NCBI GenBank assembly: GCA_041661765.1
Contig: JBAZTV010000001.1
Location: 300,791 to 364,790, forward strand
Length of the DNA stretch: 64,000 nucleotides
Source of the DNA: Candidatus Shapirobacteria bacterium
GTDB taxonomy: Bacteria; Patescibacteriota; Microgenomatia; UBA12405
Reading direction: 5' to 3'
Made by a program: the position numbers and the translations under genes. Below the pieces are notes generated by a model that was not told where the DNA came from, ran no database searches, and saw only the letters and a list, made by a program, of their open reading frames with translations. Of the stretch, positions 1-8,987 are shown piece by piece. Each line of letters begins with the position of its first letter. Positions within the stretch are counted from its first letter, which is position 1.

Positions 1-2
1 TA

Positions 3-635
3 TTTATTGCTCTCCCTGTTAGTGCTTTGATTTTAGTGGAAAGAGTTTCGATTGTTAGAATTCTTTATGGATCTCAAGAATTTCCTTGGTCAGCTACTAT
101 TTTAACCTCCAGAATTTTAGCTTTTTTGATTCCAGGAATTGTCTGCCAAGCTGTAATCCAAATCTTAATTAGAGCATTTTATGCCCTTCATAATACTAAA
201 ATTCCTTTCAATGTTTCAGCTGTTTCTCTAATTATAAATATTACAACTAGTTTTTATTTTGTTAATTTTACCCAATTTGGCGTTATTGGTTTAGCTATAA
301 GTGCTTCTATCGGTAATTTGGTCCAACTTTTTGGTTTATTAATTATGTTTATTAAGGTTGTTGATGGTTTTAATTGGTCGAATACATTTAGTAAATTTTA
401 TAAAATATTAATCTCCTCTATTTTAATGGGAGTTGTTAGCTGGTTGTCAATAAAATTTTTAGATCTTTTCATTCTCGACACTACTCATTTCATTCCAGTC
501 TTAACTCTAATGGTAATCTCCTCAATTATTGGTTTAATTACGTACATATTTGCTGTTAATTTTCTAAGAATGGATGAGGTTAAAGATTACAAAAAATATT
601 ATTTCAAATTTAAGGATTTTATTTTCCACAAATAG
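3..635 (+). CDS. murJ: Lipid II flippase MurJ/MviN, C-terminal part (5' truncated by window edge)
   Basis: Open frame from position 3; multi-TM protein with MviN-type 'RAFYALHNTKIP' and 'GVIGLAISAS' segments. Confidence 0.85.
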   Translation, partial: FIALPVSALILVERVSIVRILYGSQEFPWSATILTSRILAFLIPGIVCQAVIQILIRAFYALHNTKIPFNVSAVSLIINITTSFYFVNFTQFGVIGLAISASIGNLVQLFGLLIMFIKVVDGFNWSNTFSKFYKILISSILMGVVSWLSIKFLDLFILDTTHFIPVLTLMVISSIIGLITYIFAVNFLRMDEVKDYKKYYFKFKDFIFHK

Positions 636-652
636 TCATATATACTGAACGT

Positions 653-1231
653 ATGGCTATCAAGAAAGAACTGTCTCTTCTACCCGAATCTGAAAATCCA
701 AGGTCTTTTGGAGCCCGCTTTTTTAAATGGATTACTACTACCGGTAGGGTCACTATTATTTTAACTGAACTTATTGTTATTTCAGTCTTTATCTCTCGTT
801 TTTGGTTAGACCGTAAAAATTCAGATTTATCAGAAATCGTTCGTCAGAAGCAGGCAATTTTAGAAAGTGCAACTCCATTCGAAACAGAATTTACCAAGCT
901 ACAGGAAAGATTAGATTATATTAAAAGTTTTTATTCAAATCAGCCAGAATATGATAAGCAAATCAGCTCTTTGATTTCTAGTACACCCACTGACCTTTTT
1001 TACAACCAACTTTCTATTTCCATGGATGAGAAAACTACAACCACAGTCATCAATGCTTCTTTAACTGCTTACAAAGAAGAAAGTATTGTTTCTTTTATAA
1101 CCAATCTCACCCTAAATTCCGATATTAATCAAGTATATGTCACTAAAATTGAAAAAAAAGAAAAAGAAAATCAATATTTAATCTCAATCGTTTTATATTT
1201 TAATGCGAATAAAGCTAAAACTGAAATATGA
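653..1231 (+). CDS. Type IV pilus assembly PilN-like protein
   Basis: N-terminal 'LSLLP' motif, single TM, coiled coil and ferredoxin-like C-terminus; adjacent to PilO-like gene. Confidence 0.6.
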   Translation: MAIKKELSLLPESENPRSFGARFFKWITTTGRVTIILTELIVISVFISRFWLDRKNSDLSEIVRQKQAILESATPFETEFTKLQERLDYIKSFYSNQPEYDKQISSLISSTPTDLFYNQLSISMDEKTTTTVINASLTAYKEESIVSFITNLTLNSDINQVYVTKIEKKEKENQYLISIVLYFNANKAKTEI

Positions 1232-1860
1232 TCTACACTAAAAACTGGTTTCAACTCCAACCTATGTATGATTTTATTAGGAAGCAAGCCGAAAATGAAA
1301 AAACTTTGAGATATTTAGAAATTGGAGGTACTTTTACCTTAATTACCATTTTTCTCTTTTTTGCCATCATGCCTACCATGACTACAATTTTTTCCCTCTT
1401 GGGTGAAATAAAATCAAAAGAAATTTTTATTGAAAAAGTTGATAATAAAATTAAGAATATTATTCAAGCTCAAAAAGTATATGCTCAAGTTCAGGAGAAA
1501 TACTCATTAGTGGAAGAAAGTTTTCCTTCTCAACCACATTATTATAATAGTGCTTCAAATTTAGCCACTATATTCAGAGACTCATCTTTAGATATAAGCA
1601 ACATAGGTTTTAATTTAACTGATAAAATTATTCAAGAGAAAAATAGTGATCAATTTTTCAAATCTTATCAAATCAATTTAATTGGTGAGGGGCAATATTC
1701 TGCCATCATTGAGATGATTAAAAAGATGTCCAATAATCGTCGCCTATCTAATACTTCAAATATTCAAATCAATCAAATAAAAACCGATATAAATAAAACA
1801 GGATCAAATAAAGTTGAGTTTATTCTTTCCAGTGATTTATTTTTTTTACCTGACAATTAA
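1228..1860 (+). CDS. Type IV pilus assembly PilO-like protein
   Basis: TM plus coiled coil plus 'GQYSAIIEMIKKMSNNRRL' PilO-type motif; ATGA overlap with upstream gene. Confidence 0.65.
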   Translation: MIYTKNWFQLQPMYDFIRKQAENEKTLRYLEIGGTFTLITIFLFFAIMPTMTTIFSLLGEIKSKEIFIEKVDNKIKNIIQAQKVYAQVQEKYSLVEESFPSQPHYYNSASNLATIFRDSSLDISNIGFNLTDKIIQEKNSDQFFKSYQINLIGEGQYSAIIEMIKKMSNNRRLSNTSNIQINQIKTDINKTGSNKVEFILSSDLFFLPDN

Positions 1861-2186
1861 TGAAAAAAAATAAAATATCATTCTATTTTGTTTTCATCTC
1901 TTTTCTTACTCTTTTAACCATATTTTTTTCAATAGTTCAAAAAAGTTATTTTAGTTTTATAACGCCCCAAAAAACAATAGAGAATAATATTCTCTTGAAT
2001 AATTTTGACCCAAGTTTAGATTTAACTGTTATTTCTATAGTTGAATCTAAAAACAAAAATATTGACGAATCATTTGATTTCTCAATTATAAAATCAAATC
2101 AAAAATTAAATGATTTAGATTCAACACCAACAGCAACTTCAACACCAACAGCAACTTCAACATCCACAGTAAATTCAATACAATAA
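1860..2186 (+). CDS. Small membrane-anchored protein with Thr/Ser-rich tail
   Basis: N-terminal TM; translationally coupled to neighbours. Confidence 0.6.
   Translation: MKKNKISFYFVFISFLTLLTIFFSIVQKSYFSFITPQKTIENNILLNNFDPSLDLTVISIVESKNKNIDESFDFSIIKSNQKLNDLDSTPTATSTPTATSTSTVNSIQ
2121..2162 (+). repeat. 18-bp coding tandem repeat (TCAACACCAACAGCAACT, about 2.3 copies)
   Basis: Directly visible; encodes STPTAT repeats. Confidence 0.85.
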
Positions 2187-3533
2187 ATGTTAAAAGAAAA
2201 AAAAATTCCAACAATTCTGGGTCTTATAATTCTAGTTAGCGGAGTTTTTGTCGGTGTCCTTTTAACCAATCAAAAAACCAGTTTTATCTCCAAGGCCAGT
2301 AGTAGTTGTAAGCCAAAAAACTCTCAAATAACCAATATCACTAATAGTGCTGTTTCTATTTCTTTTGTGACTGAATCTACATGCTTATCAACGCTTTCCA
2401 TAAACAATCAAATAATTGAGAATGCTGCTGTTGCTAGTGTTGATCCAAAAAGTAAAATTCATTATTTTGATGTTAATAATTTAAATGCTGCCACTGAATA
2501 TAATTTTTCTTTTATTGTCGATGGTACAACATACAAAGAGTCATTATATAAATTTGAAACAGCTCCAAATCCCAGTGGCTCAATTCCCTCTTCAAATTTA
2601 GCTTGGGGTCGTGTTTTTACACCAGAATTAAAAGCGGCCAATAAAGTCATTGTTTTTGTTAATATTCCTGGAGCTTCTCCTTTATCTGCACTAGTAACTT
2701 CATTAGGCAATTGGAATATTTCATTAGCCAATAGTTTCAATGAATCAAAAACAAATAGATTCACTCCCACAGCCAACACTCCAGAAGAAATTATTGTTAT
2801 TGACCAAAACAATCAAACCACTCAAATCACTGGTAACACTTCAAATAATGATCCAACTCCAGATATTATTTTAGGTCAAAATCAATTTTCATCATCCACT
2901 ATTGTCTACGACACTAAAACTGATACAGGTTCTTTGTCTTCAGTTGCACCAGTTTCAAATTCAAAAGAGTTAGATATTTTAAATCCAAAAAATAATGAAT
3001 CCATTTCTACAAAAAAACCAGATTTTTTTGGAACGGGCCCGATTGATTCCACTGTTAAAATAGAAGTTCACTCATCGACAGTTTATAATGGTGAGGTTAT
3101 AGTAAATAAAGACGGCTCCTGGAACTGGTCTCCTCCATCTGACTTAGAACCAGGAGAACACACGGTCACCGCCACAGTTATTATTAATGGCATTGAAAAA
3201 GTAATCACTAGAAATTTTACTGTCCTCGCCACCGACAGTAATCTTTCCTATTCGGCTTCACCGTCAGCTTCTACCTCTAATACTACCCAAACTTCTATTA
3301 CTCAAACACCAACATTAACCCCAACCCCAACCCCAACCCCAACTATTACACCCACTAAAACTCCAACTACTCCAATACCAACATTGAGTGTTATCCCGAT
3401 TGAAACTCAAATTACTGTGGTCAGTACCAGTTCTGGTATGCCCAAAACTGGTAATACGACTCCTACAATATTATTACTCTTAACAGCTTCTTCTTTTATT
3501 GCTTTCTCTTTTTTCTCATTCAAGAAAAAATAA
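2187..3533 (+). CDS. Surface protein with FN3/Ig-like domains, PT-rich linker and LPXTG-like sorting signal
   Basis: N-terminal hydrophobic segment; FN3-like and Big-like 'DGSWNWSPPSDLEPGEHTVT' domains; C-terminal MPKTG + TM + KKK. Confidence 0.75.
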   Translation: MLKEKKIPTILGLIILVSGVFVGVLLTNQKTSFISKASSSCKPKNSQITNITNSAVSISFVTESTCLSTLSINNQIIENAAVASVDPKSKIHYFDVNNLNAATEYNFSFIVDGTTYKESLYKFETAPNPSGSIPSSNLAWGRVFTPELKAANKVIVFVNIPGASPLSALVTSLGNWNISLANSFNESKTNRFTPTANTPEEIIVIDQNNQTTQITGNTSNNDPTPDIILGQNQFSSSTIVYDTKTDTGSLSSVAPVSNSKELDILNPKNNESISTKKPDFFGTGPIDSTVKIEVHSSTVYNGEVIVNKDGSWNWSPPSDLEPGEHTVTATVIINGIEKVITRNFTVLATDSNLSYSASPSASTSNTTQTSITQTPTLTPTPTPTPTITPTKTPTTPIPTLSVIPIETQITVVSTSSGMPKTGNTTPTILLLLTASSFIAFSFFSFKKK

Positions 3534-3554
3534 TAATGGTATCATATAATACTA

Positions 3555-4484
3555 ATGCTAGGAATAAAAAAAATAAATTCTATTTTTGAAGAACTTCGTC
3601 CTACTCAATGGATAAAAAATTTGGCTATTTTTTCAGCTATAATTTTAAATGGACAACTTTTTAATTCTCAGCTTTTTATTCCCAATTTTTTTGCTTTTAT
3701 AGCCTTTTGTTTTTTATCTTCATCCTCTTATATTATTAACGATCTTATTGATGTCAGTAAAGATCGGTTACATCCAGTCAAAAAAAATCGTCCAATTGCT
3801 CGTGGTGATGTTTCAGAATCAGCTGGCATTTTTATTGCGTTTTTTCTTCTTTTCTTTGGATTAGGGATAACGATTTTTATTAATTATGGTTTTTTCGTTT
3901 TTTCTCTCATCTTTATTTTACTTCAATATTCCTATTCTTTATTCCTAAAAAAGAAAGCCATTGTCGATATTATGGGAATAGCTTTATTTTTTATAATTCG
4001 TGCTTTTGCTGGTGAAATTGTTACAGGTTATCATCTTCCGATTTGGATTATGCTAACCGTTATTTTTTTATCCCTATTTATTGCCAGCGGAAAACGCCGT
4101 AGTGAATTAGTTAATAGTGGTACAAAAACCAGGTCGGCTCTTAGTGGTTATAGTAAAAATCTTCTAAATTTTTATACCACTATGTTTGCTGTCTGTACTT
4201 TAGTTTGTTATGCTTTATTTACTTTTTTTGAAGAATCAGTCAGTTTTTCTGGATCAGGGTTTTTACACCAGCTTCTCTTAGATTTTTTCCCCAACGCTTT
4301 AAATCGAAAATGGTATATGATCACTCTTTTACCCGTAATTTTTGGAATTATGCGTTATGGTCAAATAATTTTTGAGATGCAAGAAGGTGAGAGGCCTGAA
4401 AGAATAGTCGCCACAGATATACCTATTTTACTTTCAGTTCTAATTTGGGGGCTGATGATAATTGGTATCATCTATGCAATCTAA
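3555..4484 (+). CDS. UbiA-family decaprenyl-phosphate phosphoribosyltransferase-like protein
   Basis: 'LRPTQWIKN', 'YIINDLIDVSKDRLHPVKKNRPIARG' and 'KRRSE' motifs. Confidence 0.85.
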   Translation: MLGIKKINSIFEELRPTQWIKNLAIFSAIILNGQLFNSQLFIPNFFAFIAFCFLSSSSYIINDLIDVSKDRLHPVKKNRPIARGDVSESAGIFIAFFLLFFGLGITIFINYGFFVFSLIFILLQYSYSLFLKKKAIVDIMGIALFFIIRAFAGEIVTGYHLPIWIMLTVIFLSLFIASGKRRSELVNSGTKTRSALSGYSKNLLNFYTTMFAVCTLVCYALFTFFEESVSFSGSGFLHQLLLDFFPNALNRKWYMITLLPVIFGIMRYGQIIFEMQEGERPERIVATDIPILLSVLIWGLMIIGIIYAI

Positions 4485-6066
4485 CAAAATCAAAAGAATT
4501 TTAATTCCGTTTTTTTTAATATTTCTTACTATTTTTACTCGCTTCTATTCTCTTAACTGGGGCAACGGCTACTTTTTTAATCCGGATGAAAATAATATGG
4601 CTATTGCTGTTTCCAAAATGACTTTATCAGATCTTAATCCACATTTTTTTGCCTATGGACAATTTCCTCTTTTTTTGACCTTTTTTACTACTCCAAATCA
4701 TGATTTTTCTACCATTATTTTAACTTTACGTTTTTGGTCAGCTGTGTTTTCCTCCTTGTCAATTTTATTTTTTTATTTGATCGCCAAAAATATTTTTAAG
4801 TCCCAAAAAATAAGTTATATTTTTGCACTTCTCTTAATTTTTACCCCAGGTCTAATTCAGTCAGCTCATTTTGGAACTACCGAGTCTCTTCTTATTTTTA
4901 TTTTTTCTGCCAATATTTTTTTATCCTTAAAATATTATCAAACCGAAAAAAAACTATTTTTTTTATTTTCTATTTTAGTCAGTGCAGTCGGCCTTGCTTC
5001 TAAAATAACTGCTGTTTTTTTTATTCTGCCATTTTATCTTTGTCTCTTTTTAATTTTTCTAAAAAATAAGGGCCTCCCTGCTTGCCCGCCCACTGGCTGG
5101 GTCAAGGGAGGTGTCCGAAAGACGGAGGGTTTTAATCTCATTTTTACCGCCGTTATATTTACTCTCCTGACTTCATTTCTATCTCTTCTTTTTTCTCCTT
5201 TCAACATCATCAAATTTTCCGATTTTAAGTCAACTATGAATTATGAAACATCAGTAGCTATTGGCACAAATAAAGTTTTTTATACTCGTCAATTTGAAAA
5301 TTCTCTACCATATATTTTTCAATTAAAAAATATTTTTCCATATGCTAATGGAATTTTTATTTTTATTTTTTCTTTTTTCGGTTTTTTATTTTTTCTAAAA
5401 AATAAAATAAAAAAAGAATTTCTTTTAATTCTAATTCCGTCAATAATTTATTTTATTTACGCTGGCCAGCTTTTTGTTAAATGGTCTCGTTTTATGTCCC
5501 CTGTTTTTTTTATAGCTCCGTTTTTCTGTCTTTTTTTAATCGAAAAAATTAAAAACAAATTTTTAATTTTAATTTTATTAATAACAATGATTAGTCCTGG
5601 CTTTTATTTTTTTCAAAAATATTTCTCAATCGACACTCGAATTATTGCCTCAAATTGGATTGAATCAAATATACCTTCAGATTCATTCATCTTATCTGAA
5701 TCCGGTAATGTTGTTAATTTACCTTTATTTTACATTGATCTTAAAGTTAACAATTTTGATTTTTATAATCAGGATAATATAAAAAATTTATCAACAGAGA
5801 TAAATAAAAATGACTATATAATTATTCCTTCGCGCCGAGTTTTTAAAAATAATTTTCCCCAAACTGAAAAATATTATCAAAATTTATTTTCAGGTAATTT
5901 AGGTTTTAAAGAAATCAAAGTAATTAATAATCAAAGAGATTTGTTTTTAAATTCAGAAAATGCTGAAGAAACTTGGTCTGTTTTTGATTCTCCAACCATT
6001 AGAATATATAAAAAAGTTACCAATTTTAAATTAAATGACTATCAAAAAATACTTATCGATAATTAA
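4474..6066 (+). CDS. GT-C fold membrane glycosyltransferase (PMT/ArnT-like) carrying a palindromic-element insertion
   Basis: 'FNPDE' loop, 'FAYGQFPL', many TMs; ATG at 4474 preferred as start; GC-rich insert at 5070-5133. Confidence 0.8.
   Translation: MQSNKIKRILIPFFLIFLTIFTRFYSLNWGNGYFFNPDENNMAIAVSKMTLSDLNPHFFAYGQFPLFLTFFTTPNHDFSTIILTLRFWSAVFSSLSILFFYLIAKNIFKSQKISYIFALLLIFTPGLIQSAHFGTTESLLIFIFSANIFLSLKYYQTEKKLFFLFSILVSAVGLASKITAVFFILPFYLCLFLIFLKNKGLPACPPTGWVKGGVRKTEGFNLIFTAVIFTLLTSFLSLLFSPFNIIKFSDFKSTMNYETSVAIGTNKVFYTRQFENSLPYIFQLKNIFPYANGIFIFIFSFFGFLFFLKNKIKKEFLLILIPSIIYFIYAGQLFVKWSRFMSPVFFIAPFFCLFLIEKIKNKFLILILLITMISPGFYFFQKYFSIDTRIIASNWIESNIPSDSFILSESGNVVNLPLFYIDLKVNNFDFYNQDNIKNLSTEINKNDYIIIPSRRVFKNNFPQTEKYYQNLFSGNLGFKEIKVINNQRDLFLNSENAEETWSVFDSPTIRIYKKVTNFKLNDYQKILIDN
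5070..5133. repeat. Hairpin repeat family 2 copy, in frame in the glycosyltransferase
   Basis: CCTCCCT...TCAAGGGAGG-TGTCCGAAAGAC-GGAGGGTTT; encodes GLPACPPTGWVKGGVRKTEGF. Confidence 0.8.
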
Positions 6067-6664
6067 TCTTTATCCATTTTTTTGGCCAAGGTTATATGTA
6101 TTTTTAAGGTCAATTATTTTACCTGTTTCCAAAATAGAATCTCTTTTACCAAAAAAAGGTCTAATTCTAGACGTCGGTTGTGGTTATGGGTATACATCAA
6201 CTATTTTTGCTCTTAAAAATAAAAATAGAAAAATTATTGGATCAGAGATAAATAAAAAAAGAGTATTAATTGCACAAAAAGTTTCTACTTCAATTTCTAA
6301 TTTATCTTTTAAAACATCAGATTTAATCGATAAAGACAAAACGTTATTCGATGCTATTGTTGCTATTGACTTGCTTCACCACATTAATCTAAATCAAAAA
6401 GGAATTTTATTAAAAGATTCATATTCAAAATTAAAACCAGGTGGTTTTTTAATTATAAAAGATATTAATACTAAACCTTTATTAAAATATTTATGGAATT
6501 ATCTACATGATTTAATTATGACAAAATTTTCAAAACTTTATTTTTTATCGTCAGTTAAAACCAAAAATCTTTTAATCAAAAATAATTTTAAAATTATTAA
6601 ACAAGGAAAACTTTTTAGTTTTCTTTACCCTCATATTTATTATGTTTGCCAAAAAAAATCTTAA
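6035..6664 (+). CDS. Class I SAM-dependent methyltransferase
   Basis: 'ILDVGCGYG' motif I and 'LKPGGFLII'. Confidence 0.9.
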   Translation: MTIKKYLSIINLYPFFWPRLYVFLRSIILPVSKIESLLPKKGLILDVGCGYGYTSTIFALKNKNRKIIGSEINKKRVLIAQKVSTSISNLSFKTSDLIDKDKTLFDAIVAIDLLHHINLNQKGILLKDSYSKLKPGGFLIIKDINTKPLLKYLWNYLHDLIMTKFSKLYFLSSVKTKNLLIKNNFKIIKQGKLFSFLYPHIYYVCQKKS

Positions 6665-8402
6665 CAATCAATTAATAATAGTTTTTTCAATTTTTTTTAT
6701 TTCCCTTAGTATTCGTTTTTTTGGTTTAAATTGGGATCAAAATCAACATCTTCATCCAGACGAAAGATTTCTAACAATGTTGGTTTCTACTATCCAATTT
6801 CCTTCCTCTGTCGGTCAATATTTCGACACCAAAAATTCTCCATTGAATCCATTTAATTATCAGGATTTTCATTTTTTTGTTTATGGCACCTTTCCTTTAT
6901 TTTTAGTCAAAAGCATGGGTTTTTTATTTAATGTCTCCAGTTATGAAAATATTCATTTTATTGGACGTATTTTATCTGCTATTTTTGATTCTTTAAATAT
7001 TTTTAGCCTTTATTTTTTAGCCAAATTAATTTTCCCAAAAAATAAAAAAAATCTCTTATTTTTACCTGGTCTTTTTTATTGTTTTACTGTCTTACCAATT
7101 CAACTATCCCATTTTTTTGCCGTTGATACTTTTCTGTCTTTTTTTATTTTATTAACTTTTGTATTAATGTCTTATTGGTTAAAAACCAATAATAATTTTT
7201 TATTATTATTTGCATCAATTACTTTTGGACTAAGTATGAGTTGTAAAATTTCTGCCATTCTTTTAGCTCCAATTATATTTCTATTTTTTCTTTATCATTT
7301 TCGACAAAAAAAGATTATTTTTTTGATTAAAGCTGTATTTTTTGTTTTATTTTCTTTAATTATTTTTCGTATTTTTCAACCATATAGCTTTATTGGAATT
7401 TTTAAAATAAATCCAGATTTTATAAATAGTCTTAATTATTTAAAATCAATTTTACTAAATAAAGATGTTTTTTATCCACCAGAGATTCAATGGTTAACTA
7501 AAACACCTGTTTTATTTCCACTTCAAAATATTATTTTATTTGGCTTAGGGTTGCCAATTAGTATTACTTTGTTGGTTTCTGTCAAAAATATTTTTTCAAT
7601 CAAATTTAAAAGATTTTTTTTATCACACGATAACTTTATAATTTTTTTAGCTTCTGTCTGGGTTATTTTTGTATTAATTCAACAAGGACTACAATTTACC
7701 AGTACTATGCGTTATTTTCTCCCTATTTATCCATTTATATGTTTATTAGCTGTTTTCTTTAATTTATTTTCTAAAAAACATCATCAACTTTTTATTTTAA
7801 CTTTTATTTTTCATTTAATTTATTGCATTTTATTTCTTTCGATTTATACTAAGCCCCACACCCGAGTTCAAGCTTCTGATTGGATTTATAAAAATATTCC
7901 CAAATCCTCAACTATTGCCAATGAATATTGGGATGATGCCCTGCCTTTATCTTTAGATTATTCATCTTTGAGCTTTTATATAAATAATAATTTACCTCTT
8001 TACGATCCAGATACCGAAATTAAATGGCAAAAAATTAATTCTATTTTAAATAACACAGACTACATTTTTTTAACCTCTAATCGACTTTGGTCGTCAATCA
8101 CTCAAATTCCAAGACGTTATCCAATAACCACTGAATATTATCAAGAACTCTTTGATGGAAATTCCCAGTTTAAGAAAATAATGGAATTTAATTCTTATCC
8201 AGGTATTTCATTGCCTATTTTAAATAAATGTATTTATTTTGGTCCAACAAACTTTCCTTATTTAAAAAATAAAAATCATTGGGTTGATATTGATTCTAGT
8301 TGTAAATATCCAGGTATTTACTTTCGAGACGATATATCTGAAGAGGCTTTTTCTGTCTATGACCACCCAAAAGTTATTTTATTTAAAAAAATGATAAACT
8401 AA
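6642..8402 (+). CDS. GT-C fold membrane glycosyltransferase (paralog of 4474-6066)
   Basis: 'HLHPDERF', 'FVYGTFPL', C-terminal 'EEAFSVYDHPKV'. Confidence 0.8.
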   Translation: MFAKKNLNNQLIIVFSIFFISLSIRFFGLNWDQNQHLHPDERFLTMLVSTIQFPSSVGQYFDTKNSPLNPFNYQDFHFFVYGTFPLFLVKSMGFLFNVSSYENIHFIGRILSAIFDSLNIFSLYFLAKLIFPKNKKNLLFLPGLFYCFTVLPIQLSHFFAVDTFLSFFILLTFVLMSYWLKTNNNFLLLFASITFGLSMSCKISAILLAPIIFLFFLYHFRQKKIIFLIKAVFFVLFSLIIFRIFQPYSFIGIFKINPDFINSLNYLKSILLNKDVFYPPEIQWLTKTPVLFPLQNIILFGLGLPISITLLVSVKNIFSIKFKRFFLSHDNFIIFLASVWVIFVLIQQGLQFTSTMRYFLPIYPFICLLAVFFNLFSKKHHQLFILTFIFHLIYCILFLSIYTKPHTRVQASDWIYKNIPKSSTIANEYWDDALPLSLDYSSLSFYINNNLPLYDPDTEIKWQKINSILNNTDYIFLTSNRLWSSITQIPRRYPITTEYYQELFDGNSQFKKIMEFNSYPGISLPILNKCIYFGPTNFPYLKNKNHWVDIDSSCKYPGIYFRDDISEEAFSVYDHPKVILFKKMIN

Positions 8403-8405
8403 TAA

Positions 8406-8981
8406 GTGCCTTTAACCCTAAAAAAAATTCTTTTTTGGCAACCAAAAATAGACTTCCTCGCTTTTTTTGAACATGGTTTTTGGAGAGAAACCACTTTAGT
8501 TTTTTTAAACTATTTCATTTGGTTTTTTTTCTTTTTTATTTCTTTTAAATTAATTTGTTTTGATATTAATTTTTTTGGACGCCTTTTTATTGCCACTCTT
8601 TTTGCTGAAATTATTGAAAGATTTCTTAAACGAAAACGTATTTGGCTAAGACCAATGTTTAGTCGCCACCAGATTGCCCCTAAAGGTTTAGTTAATAATT
8701 GGTATTACAGTGGTTCTTTTCCTTCTGGTCATACAATGAAGGCCACTTTTTTTCTTCTCTTTATAATTTTCACCGGTGTTCTACATTTACCTATTTTTTT
8801 ATCAATCGTTATCCCACTACTAACATTTAGGGTTTTAGTTGGGTTTCATTATCCAATCGATATTATTGGGGGGTTGATTTTTGGAGTTATTCTTTGGTTT
8901 TTAACCAGAAATTTAGTCTTTCCCATTGATTTTAATAATTTTATTCAAACTATTTTTAATTTTGTCTTTTTTATTAAATAA
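8406..8981 (+). CDS. PAP2-family phosphatase (polyprenyl-pyrophosphate phosphatase-like)
   Basis: 'RP', 'SFPSGH' and 'RVLVGFHYPIDI' PAP2 motifs. Confidence 0.9.
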   Translation: MPLTLKKILFWQPKIDFLAFFEHGFWRETTLVFLNYFIWFFFFFISFKLICFDINFFGRLFIATLFAEIIERFLKRKRIWLRPMFSRHQIAPKGLVNNWYYSGSFPSGHTMKATFFLLFIIFTGVLHLPIFLSIVIPLLTFRVLVGFHYPIDIIGGLIFGVILWFLTRNLVFPIDFNNFIQTIFNFVFFIK

Positions 8982-8987
8982 ATAATT

